The notes beneath the pieces are model-generated. The model saw only the letters and a list, made by a program, of their open reading frames with translations. It searched no databases and was not told the DNA's origin. Below are positions 28,091-37,371 of a stretch of DNA of 64,000 nucleotides, piece by piece. Position numbers and translations under genes: made by a program. The DNA comes from an uncultured archaeon (GTDB lineage: Archaea; Asgardarchaeota; Heimdallarchaeia; Heimdallarchaeales; Heimdallarchaeaceae). The first letter of the stretch is position 1. Each line of letters opens with the position of its first letter. The stretch covers positions 1 to 64,000 of the forward strand of contig CAZJUB010000006.1 of assembly GCA_964549075.1 (NCBI GenBank). Reading direction: 5' to 3'.

Positions 28091-29893
28091 TCACCCTCTA
28101 TTTCCATATTTTGTTCCTAAATCTTCAATTTCGGAATGGATATAATCTTCTATTTTATTTAACTGCATCATGTTGTCGTTAGGAACATCTTCTTTCATTC
28201 TTTTAAGAAGCTTAACAGATTTTAATGAATTAATAAGTGAAATTGGGCAACCGTTCTTTATCAAGATTCTAGCTCGATTATAAAATAAAAGCATAAGATT
28301 CATCATTCTCATCTGTTTATCAATTGGGCAAAAGGAATCTACTGGATGAAAAGCGCTTTGTTGGAGAAAACCTTCTTTGATTATCTCAGCAACTAGAATA
28401 ATAAGTTGCTCATCAGCTGGTAAAGCTTTTGCTCCAATTAACTCAACTATTTGTTGAAGTTCATTATCTTGTTGTAAAATTGTAAACATTTCTTGTCTGT
28501 ATCTTCCCCAATCTTCTAAACCTGTTTCTAGAGCCCATTCCTCTATAGCATTAATATAACCAGAATAACTTGAAAACCAATTGATTGATGGAAAATGTTT
28601 CCTGTTTGCTAATGTTGGATCTAATCCCCAGAAGGTTTTTACAAATCTTTTAGTATTAGAAGTTACAGGCTCACTGAAATCTCCTCCAGGAGGTGATATA
28701 GCAGCTGTAATGTTAATTGAGCCTTCTCTATAAGGAGAACCAATTGCAACAACGTGACCAGCTCTCTCGTAAAAGTTAGCTAATCTAGCACCTAAATATG
28801 CAGGATAACCTTCTTCCACAGGCATCTCTTCCAGTTGTCCAGAAATCTCACGAAGTGCTTCTGCCCATCTAGAGGTGGAATCAGCTGTAAGTAATACATT
28901 GAATCCTTGATCTCGAAAATATTCTGCCATGGTTATTCCCATATAGATTGAAGCTTCTCTAGCTGCAACAGGCATATTCGATACATTAGCAATTAATAGA
29001 GTTCTATCCATCAATGGATTTTTTGTATATGGATCTATTAATTTTGGAAATTCTCTCAAAACATCTGTCATTTCATTGCCTCGCTCTCCACATCCAATGT
29101 ATATTACAACATCAGCGTTACTCCATTTAGATAATTGGTGTTGAATAACTGTCTTACCTGTTCCAAATCCTCCTGGAATTGCAGCTGTCCCTCCTTTAGT
29201 TATTGGAAAGAACATGTCGATAATTCTTTGACCTGTGATGAGCGGTTCATGAACTGGAATTTTTCTAAGAAAAGGTCTAGCAATTCTTACAGGCCATTCT
29301 TGCATCATTGTCAGCTGTCGTTTTATACCTTCTTTTGTCTTTAATGTTACAATAGGATCAATAACAGTATAATCACCTTTATCTTGAATTTCAACAAGTT
29401 CTCCCTGTAAATTTGGTGGAACTAGAATGAGGCTTTCTATAGTCTTTGTTTCTTGTACAACTCCTAGTTTGTCCCCACTATGAATGTGTTCACCTTTCTT
29501 TAGGTCTCCATTTGGGATGAATTCCCATTTTGTATTTCTGCTTAAAGCACTAGTTTGAATACCTCTTTTGATGAAAGCAGAATTTGTGATTTTCTTTATT
29601 GTCTCTAAAGGTCTTTGAATCCCATCAAAAATATTTGATAACAATCCCGGTCCTAACTCAGCAGAAAGAGAATGACCAGTAGGATATATAGGATCATTTA
29701 TCCTAAGTCCTTCTAATGGTTCATAAACTTGGATTGTAGCAATTTCATGTTCAATAGCAATGATTTCTCCAATTAATCTCTCTTCCCCTACATATGTGAT
29801 CTCTCCCATTTTAAATGTGGAAAGACCTTTGACTTGAACAGTAGAACCTTTTATAGAACTTATTCTCGCATTTTCTACTGTTGTTTTACTCAT
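28091..29893 (-). CDS. atpA: A/V-type ATP synthase catalytic subunit A (no intein)
   Basis: GGFGTGKT P-loop, [31 protein letters not shown]. Start placed at MSKTT (29893). Confidence 0.97.
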   Translation of the reverse strand: MSKTTVENARISSIKGSTVQVKGLSTFKMGEITYVGEERLIGEIIAIEHEIATIQVYEPLEGLRINDPIYPTGHSLSAELGPGLLSNIFDGIQRPLETIKKITNSAFIKRGIQTSALSRNTKWEFIPNGDLKKGEHIHSGDKLGVVQETKTIESLILVPPNLQGELVEIQDKGDYTVIDPIVTLKTKEGIKRQLTMMQEWPVRIARPFLRKIPVHEPLITGQRIIDMFFPITKGGTAAIPGGFGTGKTVIQHQLSKWSNADVVIYIGCGERGNEMTDVLREFPKLIDPYTKNPLMDRTLLIANVSNMPVAAREASIYMGITMAEYFRDQGFNVLLTADSTSRWAEALREISGQLEEMPVEEGYPAYLGARLANFYERAGHVVAIGSPYREGSINITAAISPPGGDFSEPVTSNTKRFVKTFWGLDPTLANRKHFPSINWFSSYSGYINAIEEWALETGLEDWGRYRQEMFTILQQDNELQQIVELIGAKALPADEQLIILVAEIIKEGFLQQSAFHPVDSFCPIDKQMRMMNLMLLFYNRARILIKNGCPISLINSLKSVKLLKRMKEDVPNDNMMQLNKIEDYIHSEIEDLGTKYGNRG

Positions 29894-29983
29894 TACAAGA
29901 ATATTTAGTTTGTTAAATAAGTATTTTACTGTACAACTATCCATATCATAAAGCTTTAATTTTATTTAACCAAGTATCACTTA

Positions 29984-30298
29984 ATGCAAGAATCTGACTT
30001 AATCAGTAAAGCTTTCGTTATAGGAGCAAGAGAAACTGTAAGAGGCTTTCATCTGATTGGCGTAGCAGGACAAGAAGCTTTTGAAAAATCAGCGATTCTG
30101 GGAGCTTTAGATTATGCACTTGAACATGACTATGCGTTAATAATTCTTTCTGCTTCTGCAGCATATAAAATAGAGGATACTTTAGAATCAATTAGATTAG
30201 AAACGACTACCCCGATTATTGTAATATCTGATGTCAATCTTAAAGTAGATATAAAGGATTTAGAAAAGAAATTTAGGAAATTTATTGGTATTCATTAA
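29984..30298 (+). CDS. atpF: A/V-type ATP synthase subunit F
   Basis: VIG.RETV.GF.L.GV, ALII, P.IV.I, ..IG C-terminus; 104 aa. Confidence 0.85.
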   Translation: MQESDLISKAFVIGARETVRGFHLIGVAGQEAFEKSAILGALDYALEHDYALIILSASAAYKIEDTLESIRLETTTPIIVISDVNLKVDIKDLEKKFRKFIGIH

Positions 30299-30830
30299 GA
30301 AGCTTTTCAAAGATTCTGTTGAAGATATTATAATCATTTTCTGTAAAAAGCACTACTTGTATAATCTTGAATTTATTATTTTCTTCCTCAAGAAAATGCA
30401 TAAAGCATTCTATCATTATCTCCGCACAACTATCTATCGGAAATCCAGCTATTCCAGTTCCAATGGCTGGAAATGCTATTGTTTCAATTCCAAACTCTGA
30501 TCCTATTCGTAATGAATTCAAAATAGATTTTCTGAGTGATTCTTTAGTAGTTCTACCCCCTAAATTCATAGAAGCAGCATGTATGACCTTTTTTGCTTTA
30601 AGATTTCCTCCTGTTGTTATTGCAGCTTTTCCTAACTCTACTGGTCCAATATCTGAACATTCTTTTTGAATTGATGGACCTCCTCTTTTTCTAATCGCTC
30701 CAGCTACTCCTGCTCCTAAAATTAGTTGCGTGTTTGCTGCATTGACAATTGCATCAACATCACATTCTGTTATATCGCCTTGAACTAAATTTATTGATGT
30801 ACTTCTAATATTCCACATTACTAATCTCAC
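30282..30830 (-). CDS. Macro domain protein (O-acetyl-ADP-ribose deacetylase/ADP-ribose hydrolase)
   Basis: GDIT, IVNAAN, GAGVAGAI, VIHA and AFPAIGTGIAGFP motifs. Confidence 0.95.
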   Translation of the reverse strand: MRLVMWNIRSTSINLVQGDITECDVDAIVNAANTQLILGAGVAGAIRKRGGPSIQKECSDIGPVELGKAAITTGGNLKAKKVIHAASMNLGGRTTKESLRKSILNSLRIGSEFGIETIAFPAIGTGIAGFPIDSCAEIMIECFMHFLEEENNKFKIIQVVLFTENDYNIFNRIFEKLLNEYQ

Positions 30831-31624
30831 TTTATGTTTTGTTTAATACAATCAGTTCCTATTACTTTATCTGTTGTTCGAAAACCCATTTTTTTATATA
30901 TTTTTACTGCTGGAATATTAGATTCTTCTACCCACAATGATATTGTTTCTATACCTTTAGAAAATAATATTTCACACATTTTTGCACTAATATCGAAACC
31001 AAATCCTCTGTTTCTGTATTCTTGAGAAACCCAAACTCCTCTGATAATAGCAAAGGAAAAATTCTCATTTACTATAATGTGAGGTGCAAAGGCAACGCCT
31101 ATGATTTTATCATCTTTAATAATTCCAACCCCACCACCTTCCGAATTTGAAAAAAGAAGTCTCTGTTTGAAACTTAATTCTTTTATTACCGTTTCATCCA
31201 GATTCTGTGCTTCATAAGTGTCTTTTGTTATGAAATTTTCCTGATTTAATTCCATACTCAAAAAAGTATTCATTTCTTTGCCTTTTGCAGATTTATCCAT
31301 TACTTCAAAGCTAGTAAAATTATCCATGACAACTTCCATCCATTCAGGATCAAATGACAAACTTATCTTTCCTACTGGTTCATACATATCCAGAAGTTCT
31401 CTATTTGATGGTCCAAAAAGAGTAGTGTGCAAATCATATGAAAATCTAAAAGAGGAATCCTTTCTTTGAAAGTGACAACTCTCTGGAAATGTGAGAATGT
31501 CCCAAACAGTGTAAGCAAGCCTCGATATTCTATTTTTTCCAACCTCTAGAATAGAATCAAATTGAAGTGGCATTGATATAAAAGTAAAAAACTTCCTTAT
31601 ATCTTCTTCTCTTTTTAAAATCAC
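30827..31624 (-). CDS. GNAT family N-acetyltransferase (C-terminal FR47/RimI-like domain)
   Basis: V.V.QEYRNRGFG acetyl-CoA motif; N.PA..IY.KMGF. Confidence 0.88.
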   Translation of the reverse strand: MILKREEDIRKFFTFISMPLQFDSILEVGKNRISRLAYTVWDILTFPESCHFQRKDSSFRFSYDLHTTLFGPSNRELLDMYEPVGKISLSFDPEWMEVVMDNFTSFEVMDKSAKGKEMNTFLSMELNQENFITKDTYEAQNLDETVIKELSFKQRLLFSNSEGGGVGIIKDDKIIGVAFAPHIIVNENFSFAIIRGVWVSQEYRNRGFGFDISAKMCEILFSKGIETISLWVEESNIPAVKIYKKMGFRTTDKVIGTDCIKQNIK

Positions 31625-32583
31625 ATGTATTTCTGACCATAAAGCTCATTATCAAGCTTGTTAAGGTACTCGCTATATTCACTTTTATTGGATATTTCAA
31701 AAGCTTTCTTAATTCTCTGCGTTCCTTCATATCTTTGTCCCATTCTAATAAGAGCTTGTCCAGACAGAAAAAGTGCTTCATCATCATCTTTGATAAGTGT
31801 CAGTAGTTCGTTGCATAAATTAAATGTCTTTTGTATGTCCCCCTCTGCAAGATAAAGTCTTGCTAATTTATTATATATGCTTCGGTTATCTTTTCTTGTT
31901 CTTTCTTCTACTTGAAGAGCTTGTAGATATTTCTCTTTTGCGATATCTAGATGCCCCATAAAATCATAGAGATCTCCTAATTCTTCATATAATTCTTGGT
32001 TTACTGGATCAATTTCAATAGCAGAATTATATGCATCAATTGCTGATAGGAAATTCTCCATCTCTTTATAACTCTGAGCTAACAATCGCCAAACCTCTAT
32101 GTCCTCTCTATTAATTCTTAGATAGGTTTCAAAACTTAATACTGCTACTTGGTATTCTCCTCTTTGTAAAGCTAGTTTACCTCGTCCTAACCAAGATTGT
32201 ATCGCTCTGGGATTGAGAGAAGTTGCTTTAAAATAGTAATTTTCTGATACGTCTGGTTGATTCCAGATTCTATAAATCTCACCTAAAAGTTCATATGATT
32301 CCCAATGATCAGTATCTTCTGCTATAACTGAGGTTAATGCTTCAACAGCATCTTTAAAGTGCCCCTGTAGATAAAGCACTTTACCTTTTTTAAACAATAA
32401 AGATTTATCGTGGTATTTTTCTGTCATTCTGTCAAGAAATGAAAGAGCTTCATCAAACAAACTATTTTCAATTAGACTATCTATTAATTCTATCTCAAAA
32501 GGCTTCATATCTTGATTAGAATCCAAATTCATGAACCCACCAATATTACTTGTTTCTTCTGTCATTAAAAACTTTTCAGTCAA
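31621..32583 (-). CDS. Tetratricopeptide repeat protein
   Basis: About 7 TPR units (e.g. W..LA..Y......AI.AY..AIEIDP). Start may be ATG 32565. Confidence 0.9.
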   Translation of the reverse strand: MTEKFLMTEETSNIGGFMNLDSNQDMKPFEIELIDSLIENSLFDEALSFLDRMTEKYHDKSLLFKKGKVLYLQGHFKDAVEALTSVIAEDTDHWESYELLGEIYRIWNQPDVSENYYFKATSLNPRAIQSWLGRGKLALQRGEYQVAVLSFETYLRINREDIEVWRLLAQSYKEMENFLSAIDAYNSAIEIDPVNQELYEELGDLYDFMGHLDIAKEKYLQALQVEERTRKDNRSIYNKLARLYLAEGDIQKTFNLCNELLTLIKDDDEALFLSGQALIRMGQRYEGTQRIKKAFEISNKSEYSEYLNKLDNELYGQKYM

Positions 32584-32600
32584 AAGTTTAAGGAGAAAGA

Positions 32601-34217
32601 TTATCTTTTCTCTATTTCTCTTTGAACTAATTCACGTTTTAATACTTTTCCAGCTGCACTTAAAGGTAATTTATCAATAATTTTGAAACTCTTAGGTATT
32701 TTGTATCTAGTTAAAGATTCCTTTAAACAGAATTCCTTAAATTCTTCAGGAGTAGCAGTTTCTCCTTCTTTTAATACAATGAAAGCTTTCCCTACTTCTC
32801 CAAAATAATCATCAGGAACTGGAACAACTGCAACTAGAGAAACCTTCGGATGATTGTAGATTATTTCTTCAACTTCTCTAGGATATACTTTCAATCCCCC
32901 AGAATTGATGATGTCCTTTGATCTATCAACTATAAAGAAATAATTTTCAGCGTCTACATAAGCAAGATCACCTGTTCTTAACCACTTTTCTGGTGTAAAA
33001 ACATTAATAGATTCCATCCCTTTTCCCCAGTACCCTCTCATAACTTGAGGACCATTAATAATTATCTCACCAATTTCTCCAAAATCAACTTCTTCTAATG
33101 TATCAGTGTTAACAACTTTAGCTTGGGTATCAGTCAGAGGTTTTCCTATCGAGTTAAGTTTAGATGCTCCATATGGATTGATATGAGTTACAGGGCTACA
33201 TTCTGTCAAACCATATCCTTCAGTAATACTTACACCAGTAATTTTCTTGAATTCTGAATAGATTTCTTTTGGTAAAGCAGCACCACCAGAAACACAAACT
33301 TTGAGAGATGTTGTATCATATTTGTCTATATTTTGTCTAAGAAGAGCAACGTACATAGTTGGAACACCATAAAATGAAGTAGCTTTCTTTTCTTGGATTA
33401 TGTTTAAAATCTCTTTAGGATCAAATTTTGGTATAATAGCTATTTTTTCACCTCTAAATAATGGCGCAAAGAAACTACATTGTAATCCAAAACTGTGACA
33501 TATAGGTAAAGCTGAAACTACTAATCCAGTATCTTCCTTTGGGATGTTTTTAGCCCATTCATTGAATTGAAGGGCATTAGCTAAAATATTCGCATGAGAG
33601 AGTATTACCCCCTTAGCTAATCCTGTAGTACCTCCACTGTAGAGTAGAAAAGCAATATCATCAGATTTACTCCTATTTTCTGTAAATCTTTCTTCTGATT
33701 CCATTATACTATCCATTACTACAAAATCGCATCTTGATATAAGATCTCTATTTTTCTCTTCATCAAAATCTTCATTTGTTACAATGATTTTTGCTTTAAA
33801 TTGAAATTGCTTAACTACTTCAATAATTGCTTCACATATATTAGTGCTTGTAATTAGAACTTTTGTTTCTGAATCTGTAAGTTGAAATGCTATTTCTTTT
33901 TGTGACAATCTTGGATTAATCAAAGTCACTTTTGCACCAACTTGAAATGATGCAAAAATAGCTACTACAAACCATATCGAATTAGATAAAATTATTGAAA
34001 TTGTATCGTTAGTTTCAACTAAATTTTCTTCAAAGAATTTTGCTAATTTGTTGGACATCTCAGTTATATTTTGTGACGTATAAGATTGGTTATTTTCTTC
34101 AAATAGAATCTTATTTTTTTCAAATTTTTCAGTTATTTCAAGAAAATATCCATAAACTGATTGGTCTGGATATATTATTTTCCATTTATCTGCTTCTGTT
34201 GGGTGTGATGTTTTCAA
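32601..34217 (-). CDS. fadD: Long-chain fatty-acid--CoA ligase (AMP-binding)
   Basis: YSGGTTGLAKG, EGYGLTE, TGD, DRSKD, PLSAAGK motifs. Confidence 0.92.
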   Translation of the reverse strand: MKTSHPTEADKWKIIYPDQSVYGYFLEITEKFEKNKILFEENNQSYTSQNITEMSNKLAKFFEENLVETNDTISIILSNSIWFVVAIFASFQVGAKVTLINPRLSQKEIAFQLTDSETKVLITSTNICEAIIEVVKQFQFKAKIIVTNEDFDEEKNRDLISRCDFVVMDSIMESEERFTENRSKSDDIAFLLYSGGTTGLAKGVILSHANILANALQFNEWAKNIPKEDTGLVVSALPICHSFGLQCSFFAPLFRGEKIAIIPKFDPKEILNIIQEKKATSFYGVPTMYVALLRQNIDKYDTTSLKVCVSGGAALPKEIYSEFKKITGVSITEGYGLTECSPVTHINPYGASKLNSIGKPLTDTQAKVVNTDTLEEVDFGEIGEIIINGPQVMRGYWGKGMESINVFTPEKWLRTGDLAYVDAENYFFIVDRSKDIINSGGLKVYPREVEEIIYNHPKVSLVAVVPVPDDYFGEVGKAFIVLKEGETATPEEFKEFCLKESLTRYKIPKSFKIIDKLPLSAAGKVLKRELVQREIEKR

Positions 34218-34348
34218 ATTCAGACACTAAGCCATATTTTAATAATGCATTAATGAATTTTATTACCTTTACTAGAATGTGTTTTTGTTAAAGCACAAGG
34301 TTGATAAATTAACAACACTCTGTGAGAAAGCAAAGGAAGCAGATGTTA

Positions 34349-37111
34349 ATGTCTTCAGAGAACAATCCAGAAAATGAGTTGTTACAAAGAAAAAACAAAA
34401 CCTCTATCTCTGAAGAAAATTTAATTGATTTTTTCAAAAAATATGGTGTTACATATACTGCAGATTCCGAAGAATTAGCAATTAATCTTGCTTTAAGAGG
34501 GCAACAAGCTTTAAACGACAATGAAATCGACTTAGCTGAAGAAATAAGTAATCTTCTATCAGAGCTCTCTAAGCAATGGAAAGATGGTTTCATAAAAATG
34601 AAATCCCACCTCCTGCAAGCAGAGATTGCTGGTTTTAAAAACGAGGATAAAATTCAGCATTTGAAAAGAGCTCTAAGTTATGCTAAGAAAAATAATGTCC
34701 AAGATGTTGAAATTGGTGTAAGAATCCAACTCGCTTTTGAACAGTTTAAAGAAAGAAGATACAAACAAGTATTGAAAGAACTAAAGATTATTGAAAAACA
34801 TCCTGACTTGTTTGAAGAAAATAAACGAATTATTAAAGAGCTTCGCGCAAGAGTGTTTTGGGATATTGACGATTTTGCTAAAGGATTTGATGCTACCTAT
34901 GCTTGGTATAGCATTTTAAAAAACTCTACAGATGACTTGCATTCACTTTTTATGACTATAGTATATCTCCTTACAGTAATGAATTCAACTCCTTTACCTC
35001 ATTCTCAAAATGAAATAGAAGCTATTAAAACCGATATTACATCTCTACTTACAGAATTAGCTACTTCTGTTCATCTTTTTCCACGAATTCTTCCATTTAT
35101 CGATATATTGTTTGCTAAGTCATTAAAAATGGTTCAACCTGAAATACTATATAATTTTACAGACCTTATTCTTCAAACAGCAAGATGGAATGATGAAGAA
35201 AAGTTTCTATATTTTTGTCAAAAAATTGCAGATGCGTATTATAACATAGATGATTATGATAAAGCAGTTGAATTAGTAGAAAAAGCTATAAAATACACCG
35301 AAGAGAAAAAATACTACAAAGTTAAACAAATTCTGCAGTATAAAAAGACAGAGTTTTCAAGTCTTATCTTTTATTTTATGAATTTTGACTCAATTTTTGA
35401 TCCTTGGATGATTCAAAAAATAAAAATTAACTCAAAAAACACTCCGGAAGAACTCTATTTAGAACCACTTTCTTCAGGTGTAAATACTTTCCCTGCTACT
35501 TCGTATTCACATCTACTTAGAATTTTAGAGAAAGCAAGTGAAAAGTCTGTTGTTGAGAACTCCCTTGAATTAGTTGGTTTAAATGAGGAGGAAGAAAGAG
35601 GTTTTTTTGTTCTTGATATGCAAATAGCTGAGGATAGAATCCGCGTTTTAATGAGAGAGGATTTCAGTGTGGAAACTAAGAAGTTCAAAACACTCCACTC
35701 AACAGTTACTCCTTATTATTCTGTTATAGGTCTAATCTCAAACAAAAGGAAAGATGAAATTGAAGATGTTGAGGAAATAGAAGCAACTTTGTTAAGATTA
35801 CAAAGAGCAATAAATTGTCCTGCTTCAAAGGCAACGATATATCTTACAAAAAAGAAACCATACTTAAACTTGTTTAAATTCTACCTTCAACAAGGCGGTT
35901 TTCGTGATCTTAAAATAAAACTGATTGAATCAGCAAAATCTCTAGGAAGGTACTATGATTTCTCAAAAAGTGATGATTTTCTCCAGATTTTCCAAGCTGA
36001 CCCTATCACAATTTTTGATCTAACTCTAAGAAAATCTCACGAATTACAGCCGCTAACTACTCTAATCAATCAGGCATATAAGCTGAAACTTACCAATAGC
36101 GTTCTTTCAAAATTTCTGGAAGATCTAATGGATCATTTTCTAAAAAGGAGTGATACTAGATTCTGGAGAGAATTTTATTATGAATATGCTTGGTTACAAA
36201 CTCAAGGAGTATTTCTCTCTCTTTCAAATGATGAAAAAGAAGAAAAAAAGCAGACAATTGATGAAGTTTTGTTTTTTGCAGAACATCTCAATAATCCGAA
36301 CAAGATTCTAGAAGGTATTTATTTCCAGACTTATGTGAGCCTTGTAGAAGAGACTGAAGATTTAAAAGATAAAATAGTTCAATTGAAAAAAAAAGCAATT
36401 TCATATGGAAACAAGAAATATGAACTCATCTCAGATATTTTAATGCAGTTACAAGAAACTACTGATTTTTCAACAAGTAACAAAATTGCAGTAATATTGG
36501 CTGATTTCTGCGAATTATGTTCTTTTAGAGATTGGCCTGTAAGTCTAGAACTCTTTATTTATCTACTTAACCAATTACCTCAGTTAACAATTCTATTCGA
36601 AGCTTGTAAAAAACGAGAAGTAAAAGATTCTGGGATTTACTTATATCTACACCTATCGAAATATTTGATTGATATCAAACGTTACGATGAAGCTTTACAA
36701 TTACTACTCTTCATAAAAGAATTATTATCAGAAAGAGAGGATAAATTTACTTTTTCAGAACATACTTGGGTATATCTCAATTTTCTAGCTGAACAATACC
36801 TATATGAAATATATCCACATTTGTCAAAAAAAGAAATCAAAGAGTTTAAGTTAAATAAAGAAAAAATTTTGAAAAATATCCTAATAAAAGATAAATGGAT
36901 TTCTGATCCGATTTATCTGGTACAGATTATAAAAGATTATACTATTTTACTTTTAGATAAATCAGAGTTTTCTATGGGTGAAAAATATTATCATTGGATC
37001 GAACAGCTTATGTTTTATGCATGGGATTTGTTTACTGATGAATCTAATTCTGTTTTACTAAAAGAGATTCAAAATTTGAAAAAACATATTGAAAGTCAAC
37101 ATTTTATTTAA
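34349..37111 (+). CDS. Large alpha-helical (TPR-like solenoid) hypothetical protein
   Basis: 920-aa open frame with TPR-like segments (IADAYYNIDDYDKAVELVEKAI; YLIDIKRYDEALQLL). Start placed at MSSEN (ORF track 34322). Confidence 0.6.
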   Translation: MSSENNPENELLQRKNKTSISEENLIDFFKKYGVTYTADSEELAINLALRGQQALNDNEIDLAEEISNLLSELSKQWKDGFIKMKSHLLQAEIAGFKNEDKIQHLKRALSYAKKNNVQDVEIGVRIQLAFEQFKERRYKQVLKELKIIEKHPDLFEENKRIIKELRARVFWDIDDFAKGFDATYAWYSILKNSTDDLHSLFMTIVYLLTVMNSTPLPHSQNEIEAIKTDITSLLTELATSVHLFPRILPFIDILFAKSLKMVQPEILYNFTDLILQTARWNDEEKFLYFCQKIADAYYNIDDYDKAVELVEKAIKYTEEKKYYKVKQILQYKKTEFSSLIFYFMNFDSIFDPWMIQKIKINSKNTPEELYLEPLSSGVNTFPATSYSHLLRILEKASEKSVVENSLELVGLNEEEERGFFVLDMQIAEDRIRVLMREDFSVETKKFKTLHSTVTPYYSVIGLISNKRKDEIEDVEEIEATLLRLQRAINCPASKATIYLTKKKPYLNLFKFYLQQGGFRDLKIKLIESAKSLGRYYDFSKSDDFLQIFQADPITIFDLTLRKSHELQPLTTLINQAYKLKLTNSVLSKFLEDLMDHFLKRSDTRFWREFYYEYAWLQTQGVFLSLSNDEKEEKKQTIDEVLFFAEHLNNPNKILEGIYFQTYVSLVEETEDLKDKIVQLKKKAISYGNKKYELISDILMQLQETTDFSTSNKIAVILADFCELCSFRDWPVSLELFIYLLNQLPQLTILFEACKKREVKDSGIYLYLHLSKYLIDIKRYDEALQLLLFIKELLSEREDKFTFSEHTWVYLNFLAEQYLYEIYPHLSKKEIKEFKLNKEKILKNILIKDKWISDPIYLVQIIKDYTILLLDKSEFSMGEKYYHWIEQLMFYAWDLFTDESNSVLLKEIQNLKKHIESQHFI

Positions 37112-37371
37112 TTTGTGTTCCTTTGATATATTCAACGAATATCTAATTATTTATGTAAGTGTGAGAAAAAAGTGGCATTACATGCATTAACTGTGTTAGA
37201 ATGTCTTTATAAACAACTATATTCTTCAATAGACCGAGGGTCTCTAATCTCAATTTTTGGGCAAAATTAGCTTTGTATTCCATAACAATCTTTATGAATG
37301 GAATTCTCAATAAATAGTCTGTAAAAATCAAATACAAATGTACCCGAAATTCATACTTGGTGTGTTAATTA

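Noticed and set aside
28091-29893. Intein in ATPase subunit A
   Set aside because: Normal length and an uninterrupted sequence after the P-loop.
37143-37337. 64-aa minus-strand ORF in the largest intergenic gap
   Set aside because: TTG start, no RBS or motif; the region more likely holds the promoter of the 37372 gene. No tRNA or structured RNA was recognised there.
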